From contig CAZPQX010000004.1 of the NCBI GenBank assembly GCA_964589445.1, positions 17,632-81,631 on the forward strand: a stretch of DNA of 64,000 bases, written 5' to 3'. Origin of the DNA: an uncultured Candidatus Saccharibacteria bacterium. Its GTDB lineage: Bacteria > Patescibacteriota > Minisyncoccia > Phycocordibacterales > WO2-35-19. The notes beneath the pieces were generated by a model that did not search any database, was not told where the DNA came from, and saw only the letters and a program-made list of their open reading frames with translations. Shown here one piece after another: positions 17,832-26,690 of this stretch (the stretch's first letter is position 1; every line of letters starts with the position of its first letter). The position numbers and the translations under genes are program-made.

Positions 17832-18856
17832 TTAAATAATTTTTGATGAACAGGGCAGAAGTGACTACTTCTAGTTTTGACCACTATTCTTTCTATTATA
17901 CCAGAGCATTTATTTCTTGGACATTTTTTGCCTTTATTTCCGTATGCTTTATGGAAGTTTTGGAAACCTCCCTTCTCACCAAAAATATTTCTATAGTCTG
18001 ATTTGGAATCGCCGCCTTTGCCTATTGAAAATTTCAAAATCCTTTTCATTTCTTTGTAAATTTCTGACAGTTTGGTTTCTGGTACTTTGTTTGCGGGGGA
18101 GAGTGGGTGCACTCCTGTTTGCCAAAGTATTTCATCCGAGTAAATATTTCCTATACCAGCTATTATTTCTTGATCTAGGAGCACTGTTTTTATGGGTCTC
18201 ATTTTGCCCATTTCTTTTATTCTTTTTTTGAAATCCTTAATGTCTATTTTGAGAGCATCTGGGCCGAGTAGTGAAAGGCTCGCGTGGGTGTGTAGGGAGT
18301 CACTTTTAAATATAGAAACACTCGCAAATCTTCGCATGTCTGAAAGTACCAAATGTTTGCCGCACGAGAGGGAGGCTACAAAATGTATGTATTGGTTGTA
18401 GGGATCCTGAAGAGGGCCTTCTTCTATGGTTTTCCAAAAATTATTTCCTGAGCGTGCCTTTCGCAGGCTGACGAGCCGAGAAGAGGAAAAAGCCAGCAGG
18501 CTTTTATCCGTGCTAAGCGAGGGAACATAATTTTTGGAAACACGAAAGGGATATTTTTGGAGTTCATATTTCCCATACATCAAATGCCCGGTCATTTTTA
18601 TGTGTATAGAAATAGTGTACCCAGACGATAGATGGATCAAAATATTTTTACCAAGTCTTTCTACATTTTCTATTTTTGATCCGGTAGCCAACTTTTTTAA
18701 ATTTTTATAATGCTTCTCGTTCTTTATATTGTCTCTCTCTCCGTGACTTGTTGAAACGTGAAAATCAGACCATATTTCTAGTATGGTTTTGCCCATGGCA
18801 ACTTTTTTTAACCCTGTGACCGTTGTGTGTACTTCTGGAAGTTCAGGCATACCCAA
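17828..18856 (-). CDS. mutM: Formamidopyrimidine-DNA glycosylase (Fpg/MutM) carrying an in-frame repeat-element insertion
   Basis: N-terminal MPELPEVHTTV with catalytic Pro2/Glu3; C-terminal zinc finger CPRNKC...CPVHQ. Insert NYVPSLSTDKSLLAFSSSRLVSLRKARSGNNF. Confidence 0.85.
   Translation of the reverse strand: MGMPELPEVHTTVTGLKKVAMGKTILEIWSDFHVSTSHGERDNIKNEKHYKNLKKLATGSKIENVERLGKNILIHLSSGYTISIHIKMTGHLMYGKYELQKYPFRVSKNYVPSLSTDKSLLAFSSSRLVSLRKARSGNNFWKTIEEGPLQDPYNQYIHFVASLSCGKHLVLSDMRRFASVSIFKSDSLHTHASLSLLGPDALKIDIKDFKKRIKEMGKMRPIKTVLLDQEIIAGIGNIYSDEILWQTGVHPLSPANKVPETKLSEIYKEMKRILKFSIGKGGDSKSDYRNIFGEKGGFQNFHKAYGNKGKKCPRNKCSGIIERIVVKTRSSHFCPVHQKLFK
18434..18538 (-). repeat. Palindromic repeat element copy 2, inserted in-frame in fpg (opposite chromosomal orientation to copy 1, same sense relative to host gene)
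   Basis: Its reverse complement aligns base-for-base with 16544-16643 (~8 mismatches per 95 nt), including the terminal aaaattatgt.../...ataatttt ends. Confidence 0.7.
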
Positions 18857-18897
18857 AAGTTAATAGATAATAGAAGATAGTCAATAGTTTAGTTTCT

Positions 18898-20253
18898 CTA
18901 TTTTTCAGTTTTCAAAACTTTTATAAGCTCCTCTCGTGCGACTGTCGCATCGTCCCATTTTTGTTTAGTGCCGTTTGGACCCATTATATAAGGGTCTGTA
19001 CCTTTACCAGTAATCAAAACAGCTGTTTTTTCTTTTTCTTGCATGCTCTTAGCTTTTGTTAGGGCAGAGGCCACGGCAGTTCTTCTGTCCATTATTATTT
19101 CTACTTTTTTCTTGTCTTGTATTCCAGAAAGCATTTCCTCGAGTATTTGGCGCGGATCTTCGTCGTAAGGATCTTCGTTGGTAAGTATTATTTCATCGCA
19201 ATATTCTCCTGCTATTTTGCCCATTTCTGGTCTTTTCCATTTATCTCTTCCACCACCCGTGTTTCCAAGTACACAAATCTTTTTTTGGTTTTTATAAGTT
19301 TCGTACACTGCTTTTAGGGAATCTGGGGTGTGGGCATAATCTACAACCACATCAAAGTCTTGTCCTTCACTTATTTTTTCCATTCTGCCTCTTATAAAAT
19401 TTATTCCTTCAAGCGACTTTTTTATAATCTCCTCTTTTATTCCTATAAATTTAGCAAGGGCGATACAACCGAGCATGTTTGATACATTGAATATTCCGGG
19501 TAGATTACTCCTTATAACTGTTTTACCAACTTGAAATATAGAACCACTTTCATCTGCTTTTATATTTATAGCATCGCTAAGAGAGTAGGGGATTTTATTT
19601 TTTATTCTTAGAGAAAGAAACTTTTCTGATTCCTTGTCGTCTATGTTTGCTACTAGTACTTTGCCCCCGTAATCAAAACAAAAATTTTTATCAGTGTGGG
19701 AACCCTTTAGGGAGGAACTGTAAAAAATTTTGTTTTGATTACGGGGTTCTAGCTCCCTCCCTATATTCAGTTTTGCATCGACGTATTTTTCATAAGAGCC
19801 ATGTGACTCAATATGCTCAGGTGCCAGGTTGGTAAAAATGAGTGCATCTAAAAAGAGAAATTTATGGCCAAATCTGAGCGTTGCCTCACTGCTTATTTCG
19901 AGGATTGCAAATCTCGCGCCTTTATTTAGAGCTTCTCTCAATAATCTTTGTGTAAAAAATCTACCCCTAGTTGTCATTTTTGAGAGATTTTTCCTTTCTT
20001 CCCCAACAACTTTTGTTCTTATGGTATTTGAAAGTACTGTTTTTTCGCCACATTCTTCTAAAATCGCATTCATTATTTCTGTGGTTGTAGATTTACCCTT
20101 GGTACCAGTCACCGCTATCACATACATTTTTTTAGCAGGGAAGCGGTATATGATCGCTCCAAGTAGAGAGAGTGTGAAGTGGTAGTAGGGTTGTAACTCC
20201 TTGAAAATTTTTTTAGGAATAATTTTTCTGCCTAAATCTAATATCTTTTCCAT
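18898..20253 (-). CDS. Mur ligase family protein (probably MurE-like UDP-MurNAc-tripeptide ligase)
   Basis: ATP-binding P-loop AVTGTKGKSTTTEIM; Mur ligase middle and C-terminal domains; GKGTDPY near the C-terminus resembles MurE GKGHE.Y. Confidence 0.6.
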   Translation of the reverse strand: MEKILDLGRKIIPKKIFKELQPYYHFTLSLLGAIIYRFPAKKMYVIAVTGTKGKSTTTEIMNAILEECGEKTVLSNTIRTKVVGEERKNLSKMTTRGRFFTQRLLREALNKGARFAILEISSEATLRFGHKFLFLDALIFTNLAPEHIESHGSYEKYVDAKLNIGRELEPRNQNKIFYSSSLKGSHTDKNFCFDYGGKVLVANIDDKESEKFLSLRIKNKIPYSLSDAINIKADESGSIFQVGKTVIRSNLPGIFNVSNMLGCIALAKFIGIKEEIIKKSLEGINFIRGRMEKISEGQDFDVVVDYAHTPDSLKAVYETYKNQKKICVLGNTGGGRDKWKRPEMGKIAGEYCDEIILTNEDPYDEDPRQILEEMLSGIQDKKKVEIIMDRRTAVASALTKAKSMQEKEKTAVLITGKGTDPYIMGPNGTKQKWDDATVAREELIKVLKTEK

Positions 20254-20255
20254 TT

Positions 20256-20816
20256 TTATTTTCCTAAGTTTACAAGAGCATATTTAATTTTTTCGTTCAT
20301 ACTCTCCAATTTTTCTGGCATCCCCCTCAATACATCTTGGATTTGTTTCTCTTTGTACCCAAGAGATTTTAAGGCTTCAAACACATCACTATTACTATCT
20401 TTAAAATCTTTTTCACTTCTTACTATTTTACCTGATAGCTCGAGTACTATCTTGTCAGCAGTTTTTTTACCGACACCTGATATTGTGGTGAGGTGAGATG
20501 TGTCTCCAGTTGAAACGGCAGCTTCTATTGCTCTTATGCCAGCCACACCTATTATGGTGAGTGCCGATTTTGGTCCCACTCCAGATACTGTCATGAGAAG
20601 CTCAAATATTTTAAGTTCTTCTTCTGTTTGAAAACCATAAATTTCTATAGAATTTTCTCTTACTGCGGTATGAGTCCAAAATGATGACTCAGCACCTAGC
20701 CTCAGGTTTTCTGTCGTACTTGGGGTAGTATTTATGTTAAAACCAATACCAGCAGTCCTGACTATGACTCTAGTTGGTTTTATATCGAATATTTCTCCTA
20801 TTATATATCCAAACAT
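20256..20816 (-). CDS. ruvA: Holliday junction DNA helicase subunit RuvA
   Basis: MFGYIIGEIFDIKPTRVIVRTAGIGFNI OB-fold N-terminus, paired HhH motifs (GVGPKSALTI; GVGKKTADKIV), C-terminal domain III. Confidence 0.85.
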   Translation of the reverse strand: MFGYIIGEIFDIKPTRVIVRTAGIGFNINTTPSTTENLRLGAESSFWTHTAVRENSIEIYGFQTEEELKIFELLMTVSGVGPKSALTIIGVAGIRAIEAAVSTGDTSHLTTISGVGKKTADKIVLELSGKIVRSEKDFKDSNSDVFEALKSLGYKEKQIQDVLRGMPEKLESMNEKIKYALVNLGK

Positions 20817-20965
20817 GTAAATAATGCTTAGAGCCTAAGGCTAAAAGTTATTAGTAATAATACATTAAAAACAAATATAGAGCATTTGCCAAATTTGGTC
20901 AGGTATGTTAAATTGCTCCTGCTTGGTAGCTCTAAGCCATAAGCTTTTAGCTCTAAGCTAAAAAC

Positions 20966-21223
20966 ATGCCAATAACAACTTCAGCAAAAAAAGCAATCAG
21001 ATCTTCTACAAAGAAGAAAATTTTTAATTTAAGAAAGAAAAACCAGATGAGTTCTGTGGTTAAGCAATACAAAAAGCTTATAGACACAAAAGATTCAAAG
21101 GGTGCCGAAAAGCTCCTACCGAGCTTGCAGAAGGCGATAGACAAGGCGGCCAAGACGGGACTCATAAAGAAAAATACAGCAGCTCGCAAAAAATCAAGAC
21201 TTATGAAAAAACTGGCAAAATAG
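20966..21223 (+). CDS. rpsT: Ribosomal protein S20
   Basis: 85 aa basic protein. SAKKAIRSSTKKK...KKNTAARKKSRLMKKLAK matches S20 (SAKKR....HNAS..K...AARHK..L). Confidence 0.85.
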   Translation: MPITTSAKKAIRSSTKKKIFNLRKKNQMSSVVKQYKKLIDTKDSKGAEKLLPSLQKAIDKAAKTGLIKKNTAARKKSRLMKKLAK

Positions 21224-21247
21224 CCAGTTTTTTCTTTTCCACACACT

Positions 21248-21787
21248 TTGATTGCTTATAGTGCTACACAATATAAAATTGTATACATGGAAAACTCTCT
21301 AAACAATCAACCCAATTCTTTTGGGGCGGCACAGGCGCCAAAAAAGAGCGGGGCAGTTAAAATTTTAAAATTATTTTTTGTATTGGTGGTCTTTGGGCTA
21401 CTTATATATTTTGGTCTATCGTTTTACCAAAAGTATAAAGTATCAAAAATAGTCCCAGAAGATTTTTTGGTTGATTCAGGGGTTGATTTCAATATTGTTA
21501 AATCTGAGCCTTTGCCAATAATGAAATTTGAGACTAACGAGGTACTGGCCGAAGAGGCAGTGGTTTATACAGAAAGTAAATACCAATACGAAGTATTGAA
21601 AGATTTCTATAATAGGATAATAAGCGGCGAGTGGGTCGCGGTAGATGGTACCAAACAAGAAGAGGACAAGAGTATATTTAAGGTCGTAGATCAGTCAGGT
21701 ACCCTTATGTTTATATATATAGAAGGTGGTTTGAACGAACCTTCTACTAGTGTAAAAATATACAAGGTTTATAAAAATGTAAATTAA
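21248..21787 (+). CDS. Hypothetical membrane protein (single TM, 179 aa)
   Basis: TM helix ILKLFFVLVVFGLLIYFGL; no known motif. Confidence 0.5.
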   Translation: MIAYSATQYKIVYMENSLNNQPNSFGAAQAPKKSGAVKILKLFFVLVVFGLLIYFGLSFYQKYKVSKIVPEDFLVDSGVDFNIVKSEPLPIMKFETNEVLAEEAVVYTESKYQYEVLKDFYNRIISGEWVAVDGTKQEEDKSIFKVVDQSGTLMFIYIEGGLNEPSTSVKIYKVYKNVN

Positions 21788-21788
21788 T

Positions 21789-24700
21789 ATGAACTTTAAT
21801 TCAATAAAAAAGGTAATTTTATTTTCTCTATTTCTTCTTTTTGGAAATACCATGGTTGCTTCGGCTGCGAGTACAGTCACTATAAATAACTACTACAATC
21901 TTAATAGTGGTCAGACTTGTAACCTAAGCTCTTCTTCTATCGAAACCTGTAGCTCTTTTGTAAGTGATCTTGGAGGTTACTCTTTTTTACCAGTCTCCAA
22001 TAACAAAATGAATTACAACTCCGCTTCCTACGGAGGCGAGTCCATTACAAATTTTACCAATAATGTAATAGGTCCAAATGCGGTCACTCAATATGTAGGA
22101 AGTAGTGTCGCGTCTAATGTTGCAGTGGCTTATGTTCCCGGGGATATTACTGCAGTTAGTGCCACATATCTCTGTAGTGGACCTGGTGGCGTGAGGCAAT
22201 ATTCTGTCCCGGTCACACAAACAAACGGTACAGTATCAACTTTTGCTAATGTTGACACAACAGCACAGGATTGTTCTGTAACTATAAATTTCAATCAAAT
22301 TAACACCAATTCTGGTGATGGCGATAGTGGAAGCGGGGGCACACCCCCTCCAACTCCTCCACCCCCACCTATAATAGACGATCCTTTTTCAAGTATTTCC
22401 ATTTCAGCCACACCAGAATCAACAACAGTTGATTATGGAGTCGCTACTACGACTTACTTCACTGTAGTTGTTAATAAAAATGGAGATTTTCCTGCAGATA
22501 TTTTGGTTGACTGTGAAAGATTTTCTATACCAGGCAACGGAGGGGGCGAGTGTTCTTTTGTAGATAACTCCAATAATCCTATACCAAGGACCCAAGCAAA
22601 CCAACCTACACAACCTGCTGCATTTTCTAGGTACCCAAAATATTATATGAACCCAGGACTTTCCTCTGTAACACTTAGACTTGCTGTAAGAAATTATGAT
22701 CAGTATGGAGGTGTTTCGAGCGTTAAGACTCATACAATACCTATACAGGCTGGGCTCTTGGATTCTCCAATACCAATAATTACTTTCAATGGTCCACAAA
22801 TACAAAGCCCAAGATGTAGTGGTAGTTGCACAGCAGGAGACACTATAAACTTAGTCGTTCAAAATCCAGCTATTTGTGAACCTACTACTTCTGTAAATGC
22901 TACTTCGCCAGCTAATGCAAATAGGACATTTACTTTATCCTGGGCTCCTGTTTCGAATGCTCTAAATTATACAGTTGAGGTGAGAGACCAAACCTCTTGT
23001 GTATCACAGGGGTGCGGACCCGTTGTTTATAGCTCAACTGTATCGGGTACTTCCGCAACCATACCTTTTGGTGGTGATGTCGCTGGTGTACCAAATAAAA
23101 GATTTGGTTACTTTATAGGCACAAATTATTCTCCAGCAAGAACTGCTTGTAGTAATATTGGCTCGGTATTTGTCTCTCAACCTACGGGAGGATCTACGTC
23201 TACACCATCAGGTCCGTCTGGAACAGTAAATATTACTTGTAACGGATCTCAAAATGTAACCATAAGCTCGGGGCAGAATTGTAACCTAGCCTGGAACTCT
23301 TCTAATATTGTGGCTGGTTCTTGTAACGCTTCTGGTAACTGGTCTGGTGCAAAAGCGGGGAGTGGCACAGAAACTAGGTCAAACATAACTCAAAATAGTA
23401 GCTACACTATTACTTGTAGAGACAACAATGGCGCCAATGTGACTTCAACTGCTAATGTAAATGTAGCAAATGCGCCTACTGCAGATATAAGGTGTAATGG
23501 AGGTGATGCGTGTACTGCCATTAGATTTTCAAGTACACCAAACCTCACATGGAGTTGTACAAATACTAATGGAGGTTCTGCCAGTGTTTCTCCTGGGGGG
23601 TACACTGCTCACCCCAATGGTGCGGTCACGGTAGGGCCATTTTCTGGGACAAGTGCGACTTACAACCTAACATGTACTTCAGCTACTGGTGCAGTGGCTA
23701 CCGATAGTGTGACTATAAACGTGGTAAACAATGTAGCACCAGGTACTCCTGCATACAGGGTAGACTTATACCCAGATCCTCTTACGTTTAATGTTGAGAA
23801 GGGTGGAAGTTGGAGTGGTAGTGCAACCATTACTAACATAGGTGATACGACTCTAAATATAAGTGCTTTTATAGATAATGTTGTAAGTAATTTTGGTGGT
23901 TGGTATTCTCAAATAAACCCTTCTCTTGTTTGTCCAAATCTTTTGCCATCAACATTTTATACATGTTCTGTTGGTTTTGGTGGACATACTATAAATGTTG
24001 ATCAGTTTACCACTAACACCTTTGACCTAAACTTTACCGAGCCAACAGCAGGTAATAGGCTTGATATACCAGTAACTGTAAATGTGGGTGGAAGACCGTC
24101 TTGTCCCACTGCTTCTGTTTCTCTTTCAAGTAACACCGTGGATGTAGGAAGTTCAGTTACAGCCAGTGCCCCAAATAGTGATCTTTCAAATTGTACTTAT
24201 TCTACAAGCAATGCCTCCGTTGCATCTCTTTCTGGTAACCCAAGGAATGTTGTAAATGGTGTAAGTGTCGGTACTTCAAATATATCAGCTCAGTGTGATT
24301 TTATGAGTAATTGGAGATGTAATGTAAATCCAGCTACATTAAACGTAGTAAACCCATCAGCTCCTTCTCCTACTACGTACTCATTCTCTGTGGCTCCAAC
24401 ATCACTTTCTTTTAGTGCAATCCAAAATGCAGCGGCGCCTGCTTCTAAGACAGTGACTGTGACAAATACAGGTACAGGAGCTTTGAATATAACTAGAACT
24501 CAAAACATGACGAGCGGCCCATTTAACTGGGGTAGCAGCGACTCTTCAAATTTCTCTCTTGCAGTAGGTGCTTCTAGAGTTGTCACTGTTTCTATAAATA
24601 GTACTGCAGGTGACCCAGGCAACTATGATGGCATAGTTACTTTTACTGATAGTAATGCTGGTTCAAAACAAGTACCTGTGGCTTTGGTGCTCGCACCATC

Positions 24701-24971
24701 TTCTTCTACTAGAACAATAGATGTAGGTACAAACTGGTGCGGTACGGTGACAAGCTCTCCAGCTGGGATAAGTTGTGGTACTACATGTAATGCTGGGTTT
24801 ACTTACAACAACACAGTGACTCTCACCGCTACTCCAAATACTCAATGCCTCTTTATTGGGTGGCTAGGGGACTGTGCTGGGCAAGACGCTACTTGTGACT
24901 TACTCATGACTTCAAATAGGAGTGCCACTCCAATATTTGGCCTCAAACCTTTCAACTACGAGGAATTCTAA
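21789..24971 (+). CDS. Giant secreted Cys/Thr/Ser/Asn-rich surface protein (1060 aa) with a proline-rich linker
   Basis: Signal peptide (LFLLFGNTMVASAAS), GDGDSGSGGTPPPTPPPPPI linker, numerous Cys-containing beta-rich repeats (Ig/FN3-like by composition). Confidence 0.7.
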   Translation: MNFNSIKKVILFSLFLLFGNTMVASAASTVTINNYYNLNSGQTCNLSSSSIETCSSFVSDLGGYSFLPVSNNKMNYNSASYGGESITNFTNNVIGPNAVTQYVGSSVASNVAVAYVPGDITAVSATYLCSGPGGVRQYSVPVTQTNGTVSTFANVDTTAQDCSVTINFNQINTNSGDGDSGSGGTPPPTPPPPPIIDDPFSSISISATPESTTVDYGVATTTYFTVVVNKNGDFPADILVDCERFSIPGNGGGECSFVDNSNNPIPRTQANQPTQPAAFSRYPKYYMNPGLSSVTLRLAVRNYDQYGGVSSVKTHTIPIQAGLLDSPIPIITFNGPQIQSPRCSGSCTAGDTINLVVQNPAICEPTTSVNATSPANANRTFTLSWAPVSNALNYTVEVRDQTSCVSQGCGPVVYSSTVSGTSATIPFGGDVAGVPNKRFGYFIGTNYSPARTACSNIGSVFVSQPTGGSTSTPSGPSGTVNITCNGSQNVTISSGQNCNLAWNSSNIVAGSCNASGNWSGAKAGSGTETRSNITQNSSYTITCRDNNGANVTSTANVNVANAPTADIRCNGGDACTAIRFSSTPNLTWSCTNTNGGSASVSPGGYTAHPNGAVTVGPFSGTSATYNLTCTSATGAVATDSVTINVVNNVAPGTPAYRVDLYPDPLTFNVEKGGSWSGSATITNIGDTTLNISAFIDNVVSNFGGWYSQINPSLVCPNLLPSTFYTCSVGFGGHTINVDQFTTNTFDLNFTEPTAGNRLDIPVTVNVGGRPSCPTASVSLSSNTVDVGSSVTASAPNSDLSNCTYSTSNASVASLSGNPRNVVNGVSVGTSNISAQCDFMSNWRCNVNPATLNVVNPSAPSPTTYSFSVAPTSLSFSAIQNAAAPASKTVTVTNTGTGALNITRTQNMTSGPFNWGSSDSSNFSLAVGASRVVTVSINSTAGDPGNYDGIVTFTDSNAGSKQVPVALVLAPSSSTRTIDVGTNWCGTVTSSPAGISCGTTCNAGFTYNNTVTLTATPNTQCLFIGWLGDCAGQDATCDLLMTSNRSATPIFGLKPFNYEEF

Positions 24972-25016
24972 GCCAAACCTAAGCCTAAATTAGGACATAA
25001 ACTTTTATGAAATAAA

Positions 25017-25046
25017 ATAACCCTATTGACAAACAGGGTTATTTTA
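25017..25046 (+). terminator. Intrinsic terminator of the giant secreted-protein gene
   Basis: aaccct-attgacaaac-agggtt followed by atttta. Confidence 0.55.
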
Positions 25047-25114
25047 TGATATTATATTAGGTAGATACCAGCGGTTAAACCGTCGGTCAAGATTTTTGAT
25101 ATTAGGAGACTACC

Positions 25115-26578
25115 ATGTCCTTTCGCTTATTTTTTGCGATGTACCTTGTCTTTGGTACAACCTCGTCCTTCTCTCAAATGGTTCCGCCCGAACGGGCAGA
25201 GCTAGTCAGTATCGGAGGACAATGGGGGGACGTGTTGCCTCCCAAAACCGAAGTCCGTGCCGTGGAGGTTCTCGGGTCGTCTGACCCGCTGCTGCCTTGG
25301 CAGGAGGAACTCTTCCAGAAGACGGGCTATGCTCGTCTCTTGGAACAGCGCGGCGCGGGTTTTTCCCACATTCGCGGAGCGGCTGTCGTCGTGATGGGTA
25401 CGGGGGTAGATGCAAATCACCCCGACCTTGTCGGCCGGGTGGATTGTGCCGTCTCGGAGACGTTCATTGAAGGAGGGGGAGACCCCTGTGTCGATGAATA
25501 CGGACATGATACCGCTGTTGCCACCATTGGCTTCGCCAATGGTGGGGACGGCATTGGGATGAAAGGATTTGCGAATAATACGCGAATCATCTCCCTCAAA
25601 GTCATGACGACCGGGATCAACGAATTCGGTCGGACAGTACTCAAGACTTCTCTTGACGCCATCATTAAGGCGTTCAGACGGGTTGGGGAGCTCGCTTTGA
25701 CCGAGGAAGCAGTGATTGTTATTGCTGCCTTTTCGATCGACGGCGTTGACCCGACGCTTCGAGGACTCTTCGCTGAGCTCGAGAAACAGGATCGAGTTTA
25801 TGTTGTCAGTTCAACTGACAACATACGCTTCTTGAACTCGGAGACCCAACCGGGTCTTCCATGTTCGGCGTCGACGCTCTCCAATGTGGATTGCGTCGCT
25901 ACGTTGACCATGGATGGCGGGCTCGCTCCCTGGAGTGCTTATGGCAAGCGTATCACCCAAACTGGGCGTGCTGCTTCATCCGGTGTGATCGCTGGGTACC
26001 CTGGAGGTCGCTACGGCAACTTCCTAGGGAACAGCGGAAGCGCTCCTCAGGTTGCGGCTCTTGCTTCACTCGTGTGGGGCTACGCGTACGGGAGGGGGAG
26101 GAACCTCACGGCTGCAGAGCTTAAAATGCTTATGCAGAGAGGCGCGAGCTTTTCTCCTGGCCTCGTCTCGGCGATCGTGCAGTACGAGGTGGCCACACCC
26201 CACACCTTGGACGCCTACCGGCTGTTTGAGGTAGTTGACCTTTACCTCGAAGGGAAGCTCCAGGCGCTCACCGAAGGGACTCTCAGGGTCTCTGGGGTGA
26301 AGTCGGGAGAGTTCGGTGTCGCTACTGACCTAAAGGTCCGTGAGCGGTACACAATTGTCGGACAGGGTTTTTCGGAGGGCTACTTGCTATTACTGAACGG
26401 GATGCCGATCCGGTTCAGTTACTCGGGGGAAATCGCGGAGTTTGAGCTCCCTGAGGCAGCATCTTTCTTCTCTTTGAGAGGAGGAGACAATGTCTTGTAC
26501 TTCGCCAGAGTGGACGAGGAGGGGAGGGCCTGTCCTTTCTCAGTCACTAAAGTCCTTAGCGGATTCCAAATCCGCTAA
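25115..26578 (+). CDS. Subtilase (peptidase S8)-like protein encoded in a foreign GC-rich island; the catalytic Asp may be substituted
   Basis: Signal peptide; VVVMGTGVDANHPDL (subtilase Asp-region, with G where the catalytic D of IDTG is expected); GHDTAVATIG (His-region); GNSGSAPQVAALAS (Ser-region, Ser conserved). RBS aggaga at -10. GC ~58-60% versus ~35% in the flanks. Confidence 0.7.
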   Translation: MSFRLFFAMYLVFGTTSSFSQMVPPERAELVSIGGQWGDVLPPKTEVRAVEVLGSSDPLLPWQEELFQKTGYARLLEQRGAGFSHIRGAAVVVMGTGVDANHPDLVGRVDCAVSETFIEGGGDPCVDEYGHDTAVATIGFANGGDGIGMKGFANNTRIISLKVMTTGINEFGRTVLKTSLDAIIKAFRRVGELALTEEAVIVIAAFSIDGVDPTLRGLFAELEKQDRVYVVSSTDNIRFLNSETQPGLPCSASTLSNVDCVATLTMDGGLAPWSAYGKRITQTGRAASSGVIAGYPGGRYGNFLGNSGSAPQVAALASLVWGYAYGRGRNLTAAELKMLMQRGASFSPGLVSAIVQYEVATPHTLDAYRLFEVVDLYLEGKLQALTEGTLRVSGVKSGEFGVATDLKVRERYTIVGQGFSEGYLLLLNGMPIRFSYSGEIAEFELPEAASFFSLRGGDNVLYFARVDEEGRACPFSVTKVLSGFQIR

Positions 26579-26651
26579 GGCACGCAATGGTTCGCCGCGA
26601 CACGCGGCAAAACAAAAGCGAGTTCGTTTTGTTGTGGAGGGTGACTCTACG

Positions 26652-26676
26652 GCAAGCGACTCGCTTTTTATCTTTT
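26652..26676 (+). terminator. Intrinsic terminator at the right edge of the GC-rich island
   Basis: aagcga-c-tcgctt palindrome followed by ttttatctttt. Confidence 0.5.
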
Positions 26677-26690
26677 ATTAATTTTTAATT

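Noticed and set aside
16544-18538. Diversity-generating retroelement (template/variable repeat pair) as explanation for the two similar ~100-bp segments
   Set aside because: Mismatches between the copies are not adenine-specific (c/t, g/t, c/a, t/c, g/a mixed), and no reverse transcriptase ORF is present in the window. Terminal inverted repeats and in-frame placement fit an RPE/MITE-like element better.
20953-21246. 97-aa minus-strand ORF covering rpsT
   Set aside because: Antisense to a clear S20 gene.
25202-25665. Three antisense ORFs (25202-25507, 25206-25415, 25417-25665) inside the GC-rich gene
   Set aside because: Long stop-free antisense frames are expected at ~60% GC. They overlap a CDS with clear subtilase motifs, RBS and terminator.
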